A DNA stretch of 44,915 nt from Candidatus Aenigmatarchaeota archaeon (GTDB taxonomy: Archaea; Aenigmatarchaeota; Aenigmatarchaeia; PWEA01; JAGHBM01), in NCBI GenBank assembly GCA_021162085.1, contig JAGGZI010000034.1, positions 1 to 44,915 of the forward strand. Reading direction: 5' to 3'. Positions 40,981-44,915 of the stretch are shown here, in pieces. Under the pieces are notes generated by a model that was given only the letters and a program-made list of their open reading frames with translations, ran no database searches and had not been told where the DNA came from. Made by a program: the position numbers and the translations under genes. Each line of letters starts with the position of its first letter. Position 1 is the first letter of the stretch.

Positions 40981-43029
40981 ATGACAACATTAATAATATC
41001 TGAGAAACCAAATGCTGCTGAAAGAATAGCTACTGCACTTTCTAATGGAAATGTAAAAAAGGAAAAAAATGGTAAGGCAGTATGGTTTGAGATAAATAGA
41101 AATGGAGAAAAAATCCTCGTTGTTCCTGCAGTCGGACATTTATTCACACTAAAACAAAAAGGAGATGACGGATGGATATACCCCGTATTTGAGACTGAAT
41201 GGGCACCCTCCTTTGAGGTGAACAAGAGTTCTGCATTCTCAAAGATATATTTCAACAACTTCAAGAGACTGAGCAAACTTGCAAATAAATTTGTAGTTGC
41301 CACTGATTATGACTATGAGGGATCTGTGATAGGATACAACATATTGAGGTTCATATGCGGAACTGAAGATGCAAAAAGAATGAAGTTCTCCACACTAACC
41401 CCGGATGAATTGAGAGAATCTTATGAAAATGTCATGGACTTGGACTTTCCACAAATAAATGTTGGTATAGCAAGACATAAGCTTGATTGGCTATACGGCA
41501 TAAATATCTCAAGAGCGCTAACACTTGCAATAAAAAAACATAAGAATTATTTCAAGGTCCTCAGTACAGGAAGAGTTCAGGGACCAACATTGAAAATAAT
41601 ATCGAAAAAAGAAGAAGAGATAGAAAAATTTGTACCAGAAAAATATTGGGAAATGGAAGCCCATTTGAAATTAGATGAAAGTGAAATTATTGCGCAACAT
41701 GAAGAAGGAAGATTCAAAAATAATCAGGATCCATTGAGTATAAAGAAGAAGTGTGAAAATTCAGATGCAATTGTCTTTAAAGTAACAAAAAGAAAGTACA
41801 AACAAAATCCACCATATCCATTTGACTTAACTACCCTTCAAACGGAAGCATATTCTGCATTTGGATTCTCACCAACGCAAACACTGAATTTGGCTCAAAG
41901 CCTTTACGAATCCGGACTGATATCATATCCAAGAACGTCAAGCCAGAAACTGCCTGAGAAAATAGGCTATAAAAACATAATTAAAAACCTTAGAAAACAA
42001 CGAGAATACAAGAGACTTGCCGACATGCTATTGGGCATGAGTAAATTAAAACCAAACGAAGGCAAAAAAACTGATTCTGCCCATCCAAGTATATTTCCAA
42101 CGGGAGAAAGACCAAAAGAATTAACTACTCAAGAAAAAAAGCTTTATGACCTTATTGTGAGAAGATTTCTTGCCGTGTTTGGCGGGCCCGCCATAAGAGA
42201 AGTTGTTGATGTGACATTTGACATAAATGGTGAAAAGTTTTTAGCAAAGGGTAAGAGAACTGTTGAAAAGAATTGGATTGAATTTTATGAGAAATATGTG
42301 AAGTATGATGAACAGGTTCTCCCTGAACTACAAAGGGGAGATGTTCTTAAGGTTTTAAAAATAGACATACTTGAAAAGGAAACTCAGCCGCCAAAGAGGT
42401 ATACGGAAGCATCCCTTGTGAGGAAGTTAGAAAAGCTTGGGTTAGGGACAAAGGCAACGCGTGCCACGATAATTAAGACTTTATTCGATAGGGGATACAT
42501 AAAGGATAAAAAAATAAGAATAACCTCTCTCGGAAAGAGTATTGTGAAAACTTTGGATAAATACTGTCCAGAGATTCTATCAGAAAGACTCACAAGAAAG
42601 TTTGAGGAAGATATGGAGGGAATTGAAAACGGTAGATATAAAAAAGAAGATGTCATAGAAAATGCCAAAAATGTACTTGAAAAAATACTTGAGGAATTTA
42701 AGAAAAACGAGGAGAAAATTGGTGAAGAGCTTTACGATGCCTTAATAGAAACAAAGAACAATTCTTATATAATTGGTAAATGTCCGGAGTGCGGAAGGAA
42801 TCTAAGAATCATAAGGTCAAAGAGAACAGGGAAAAGATTTGTTGGATGCGAAGGATACAAGGATGGGTGTAGAGTCTCATACCCATTGCCACAGGTTGGC
42901 AAAATAGAGCCTGCTGGAGTATGTAAGGTTTGTGGCGCTCCCATGATAAAACTCATAAGAAAGGGTAAGAGACCATGGGTGCTTTGCATAAATCCCAACT
43001 GCCCAAGTAAGAAAGATGATAAAAATTAG
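40981..43029 (+). CDS. topA: Type IA DNA topoisomerase
   Basis: Toprim motifs LIISEKPNAAERIA and TDYDYEGS are present, the active-site region is LISYPRTSS, and two C-terminal zinc ribbons are CPECG...C..C and CKVCG...CINPNC. There is no helicase module. Confidence 0.9.
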   Translation: MTTLIISEKPNAAERIATALSNGNVKKEKNGKAVWFEINRNGEKILVVPAVGHLFTLKQKGDDGWIYPVFETEWAPSFEVNKSSAFSKIYFNNFKRLSKLANKFVVATDYDYEGSVIGYNILRFICGTEDAKRMKFSTLTPDELRESYENVMDLDFPQINVGIARHKLDWLYGINISRALTLAIKKHKNYFKVLSTGRVQGPTLKIISKKEEEIEKFVPEKYWEMEAHLKLDESEIIAQHEEGRFKNNQDPLSIKKKCENSDAIVFKVTKRKYKQNPPYPFDLTTLQTEAYSAFGFSPTQTLNLAQSLYESGLISYPRTSSQKLPEKIGYKNIIKNLRKQREYKRLADMLLGMSKLKPNEGKKTDSAHPSIFPTGERPKELTTQEKKLYDLIVRRFLAVFGGPAIREVVDVTFDINGEKFLAKGKRTVEKNWIEFYEKYVKYDEQVLPELQRGDVLKVLKIDILEKETQPPKRYTEASLVRKLEKLGLGTKATRATIIKTLFDRGYIKDKKIRITSLGKSIVKTLDKYCPEILSERLTRKFEEDMEGIENGRYKKEDVIENAKNVLEKILEEFKKNEEKIGEELYDALIETKNNSYIIGKCPECGRNLRIIRSKRTGKRFVGCEGYKDGCRVSYPLPQVGKIEPAGVCKVCGAPMIKLIRKGKRPWVLCINPNCPSKKDDKN

Positions 43030-43107
43030 AACTCATTAAAAATATTGTCATCAAGATAATTTAAAACTAACTAATTATTTTTATATTTAAGTTGTCATAA
43101 ATAATAG

Positions 43108-43989
43108 TTGGGTTTTGTGGAACTCAAAGAAATTAAGATAACAAATGCTTCTGGTATTTATTCTTCAACATTCAATTCTTTAGAGGATTGGATCAATGCA
43201 GGTGTTGATGGCGTTATTCTAAAGACATCTACATACAGATCAAGAGAAGGTTATGTCTTTCCAAATGTGGCTATAGATGGTGAAAGAATTATTCAAGCAA
43301 TGGGTCTTCCAAATCCCGGATTCAAAAAGATGGGAGAAATCACAAAAAAACTAAAAGAAAAATATACTGAAATTTTTGTCATAGCATCCTTCACAAGTGG
43401 AGACAAAAAAGAATTGATTGAAATGGTTGAGTATCTTGGAGAATATGCAGATGCTCTGGAATACAATATATCATGTCCACATGCAAAGGGACTTGGAAGT
43501 GCAATAGGATACGATTTCGAATTACTCGAAGATATGTGTGATGTCATCTCCGAACACACGGAAAAGCCGTTCGGGCTTAAGATGCCATACTATCCTACGG
43601 ATGAACTTCTTAAAAAATGTATAGATTCATCAGAAAAAGCTGACTTCTACACAAATATAAATTCTGTTGGGAAAGCTATGTTGATAGGGAATGACTGGGG
43701 AATATCGAATAAATTGGGCGGTCTATCTGGTCCTGCTATAAAACCTTTGGCAATGGGACAAGTTTACAGAACAAGAAAACTGACAAACAAAAAAATATTT
43801 GGATGTGGCGGAGTAGTCACTAAGAAGGACGTCTCTGAGTTCCTGAAAGCAGGTGCCAACAGTATTCAATTGGGCTCTGGAATTATTCATTATAAAACAA
43901 AAAAGGATTTCGTGAAAGAGGCTAGAAAGGGATTTAATTACAAACCAAAGAACTACTTTGAAAATCAAGGTATTGAGGAATGGGAATAA
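43108..43989 (+). CDS. pyrD: Dihydroorotate dehydrogenase-like (class 1 PyrD/PreA family) flavoenzyme
   Basis: ITNASGIY, AMGLPNPG, YNISCPHAKG (catalytic Cys region) and FGCGGV are present. The start is TTG at 43108, or GTG at 43117. DHODH cannot be separated from the related dihydropyrimidine dehydrogenase by eye. Confidence 0.6.
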   Translation: MGFVELKEIKITNASGIYSSTFNSLEDWINAGVDGVILKTSTYRSREGYVFPNVAIDGERIIQAMGLPNPGFKKMGEITKKLKEKYTEIFVIASFTSGDKKELIEMVEYLGEYADALEYNISCPHAKGLGSAIGYDFELLEDMCDVISEHTEKPFGLKMPYYPTDELLKKCIDSSEKADFYTNINSVGKAMLIGNDWGISNKLGGLSGPAIKPLAMGQVYRTRKLTNKKIFGCGGVVTKKDVSEFLKAGANSIQLGSGIIHYKTKKDFVKEARKGFNYKPKNYFENQGIEEWE

Positions 43990-44730
43990 TTAGAACAAAC
44001 TGATCTTCTTTATGGGTTCAATCCCCTTTTGTGTTATCTGAAATGCAGCCTCTCTGCCCTCGGGTAGAGACCTATGCTTTCTAAGAACTGCCAATCTTTT
44101 TCCCTTGCCAATTTTTATCAATTCCACAAGGCATTTGGACCAATACTTGCTTATGTCTCTTGATACAAGTTCTATCTTGTTATTCTCTATGTCCGCATAA
44201 ACCTGATTGGTCACCAGTACTGGTATGTTCTTCTCTCTTGACATTTTTGAAAGGATTCTTAGTTGGTCAGCCAACCTCCTATTAACCTCCTGAAAATTAT
44301 CACCCTTTAACTCAAGTCGATATAAATTAACAAGAGAGTCGAGAACTATCAACCCAACGTCATTGGTGGTCATACTTTCCAAGTTCTTAATAACTTCTTC
44401 CTGCTCCTTAAATGTTTTCGGTTCTATGAGAATGATTTTTTTCGAAATTTTCTCAAAGTTCCTTGACATTTGTGAAAGCCTCTCTGCACTGAAACCACCC
44501 TCAGTATCTATGTATATGACCTTCTTACCGCTCTCCACACATGATATTGATGCAAGTATGGCTAAATTTGTTTTCCCAGACCCAGCAGGACCATAAACAT
44601 TCGTTAAAGACTTATATTCTATGCCACCGCCGAGCAAATCATCAATTGGCTTACAATTCAAAGGTAGTCTTTCATTCTTCAAAAACTCACCGTAATATAT
44701 AGTGTATAGTATCTTTAAGTAAATTACCAT
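43990..44730 (-). CDS. radB: RadB (RecA-superfamily recombination/repair ATPase)
   Basis: IDDLLGGGIEYKSLTNVYGPAGSGKTNLAI (Walker A), VIYIDTEGGFSAERL and GLIVLDS (Walker B) are present. The N-terminus is ~20 aa longer than typical RadB, so the real start may be an internal TTG. Confidence 0.8.
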   Translation of the reverse strand: MVIYLKILYTIYYGEFLKNERLPLNCKPIDDLLGGGIEYKSLTNVYGPAGSGKTNLAILASISCVESGKKVIYIDTEGGFSAERLSQMSRNFEKISKKIILIEPKTFKEQEEVIKNLESMTTNDVGLIVLDSLVNLYRLELKGDNFQEVNRRLADQLRILSKMSREKNIPVLVTNQVYADIENNKIELVSRDISKYWSKCLVELIKIGKGKRLAVLRKHRSLPEGREAAFQITQKGIEPIKKISLF

Positions 44731-44769
44731 AGAAATAAATTTATTTAAGGCTTAAACCAAAATTTAAAT

Positions 44770-44915
44770 ATGTTCTTTAAAAAGAAAGAAGAATTCAGTG
44801 AACTTGGAAAAGACATTAACCTAGAAAAGTTAGAGCCTGTAATAGACTTAGAAGACCTTGGGGAGAGTGAAATAAAGAACAAGAAGGAAATATACAAGGT
44901 ATTGCTCAGTATGAA
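44770..44915 (+). CDS. 5' fragment of an unidentified CDS running off the window
   Basis: An ATG at 44770 is followed by an open frame to the window edge (MFFKKKEEFSELGKDINLEKLEPVIDLEDLGESEIKNKKEIYKVLLS...). No family is recognised. Confidence 0.3.
   Translation, partial: MFFKKKEEFSELGKDINLEKLEPVIDLEDLGESEIKNKKEIYKVLLSM

Noticed and set aside
40653-41303. A 216-aa minus-strand ORF overlapping the TrkA-C gene and the topA start.
   Set aside because: It is antisense to two well-supported genes, has a low-complexity S/F/L composition and has no SD.
40981-43029. Whether the topoisomerase is a reverse gyrase, which would mark hyperthermophily.
   Set aside because: The protein is only 682 aa and starts directly with the Toprim domain. 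It has no N-terminal helicase module, so it is an ordinary type IA enzyme.
1-44915. Search for transposases, integrases, prophage genes, toxin-antitoxin pairs, restriction-modification or cas genes.
   Set aside because: No translated ORF shows the corresponding catalytic motifs (DDE, tyrosine or serine recombinase, PIN/HEPN and similar). The accessory-looking content is limited to the giant surface-protein locus.

Overview
AT-rich, very tightly packed archaeal chromosome segment. Archaeal hallmarks are RadB, an aCPSF2-type beta-CASP RNase, an archaeal-type TyrRS, TATA-box promoters, GGAGG/GGTG Shine-Dalgarno sites and intron-containing tRNAs. The style suggests a small, possibly DPANN/ARMAN-like genome, but I cannot assign taxonomy from sequence alone.

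The first 22 kb holds two convergent giant surface-protein genes. One is more than 4,413 codons, is open at the 5' window edge, and ends in a TM helix plus a cytoplasmic HerA/FtsK-class P-loop ATPase. The other is 1,912 aa. A translationally coupled set of one signal-peptide/TM protein and three coiled-coil proteins follows the first giant gene.

The rest is housekeeping: a UPF0200 kinase-like protein, a small histone-fold ORF missed by the ORF track, ahcY, an HDAC-family deacetylase, a PRC-barrel protein, nfi, acdB-like plus porGDA (no porB), an MBL hydrolase, a DUF504/MJ1316-like protein, hsp20, rtcA, a beta-CASP RNase, tyrS, serS, MgtE-like and TrkA-C proteins, topA, a pyrD-like gene and radB.

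Between 22.5 and 26.5 kb lie four minus-strand tRNA genes (Leu-UAA, Glu-UUC, Val-UAC, Ser-GCU). Together they carry about 11 introns, only 2 at the canonical 37/38 site. Removing them restores exactly 88/76/76/88-nt cloverleaves with encoded CCA. The introns fall into sequence families sitting at identical D-loop and T-loop positions.

No CRISPR array, rRNA, transposase or integrase was seen. Top candidates for novelty are the adhesin-ATPase fusion operon and the hyper-interrupted tRNA genes with paralogous introns.
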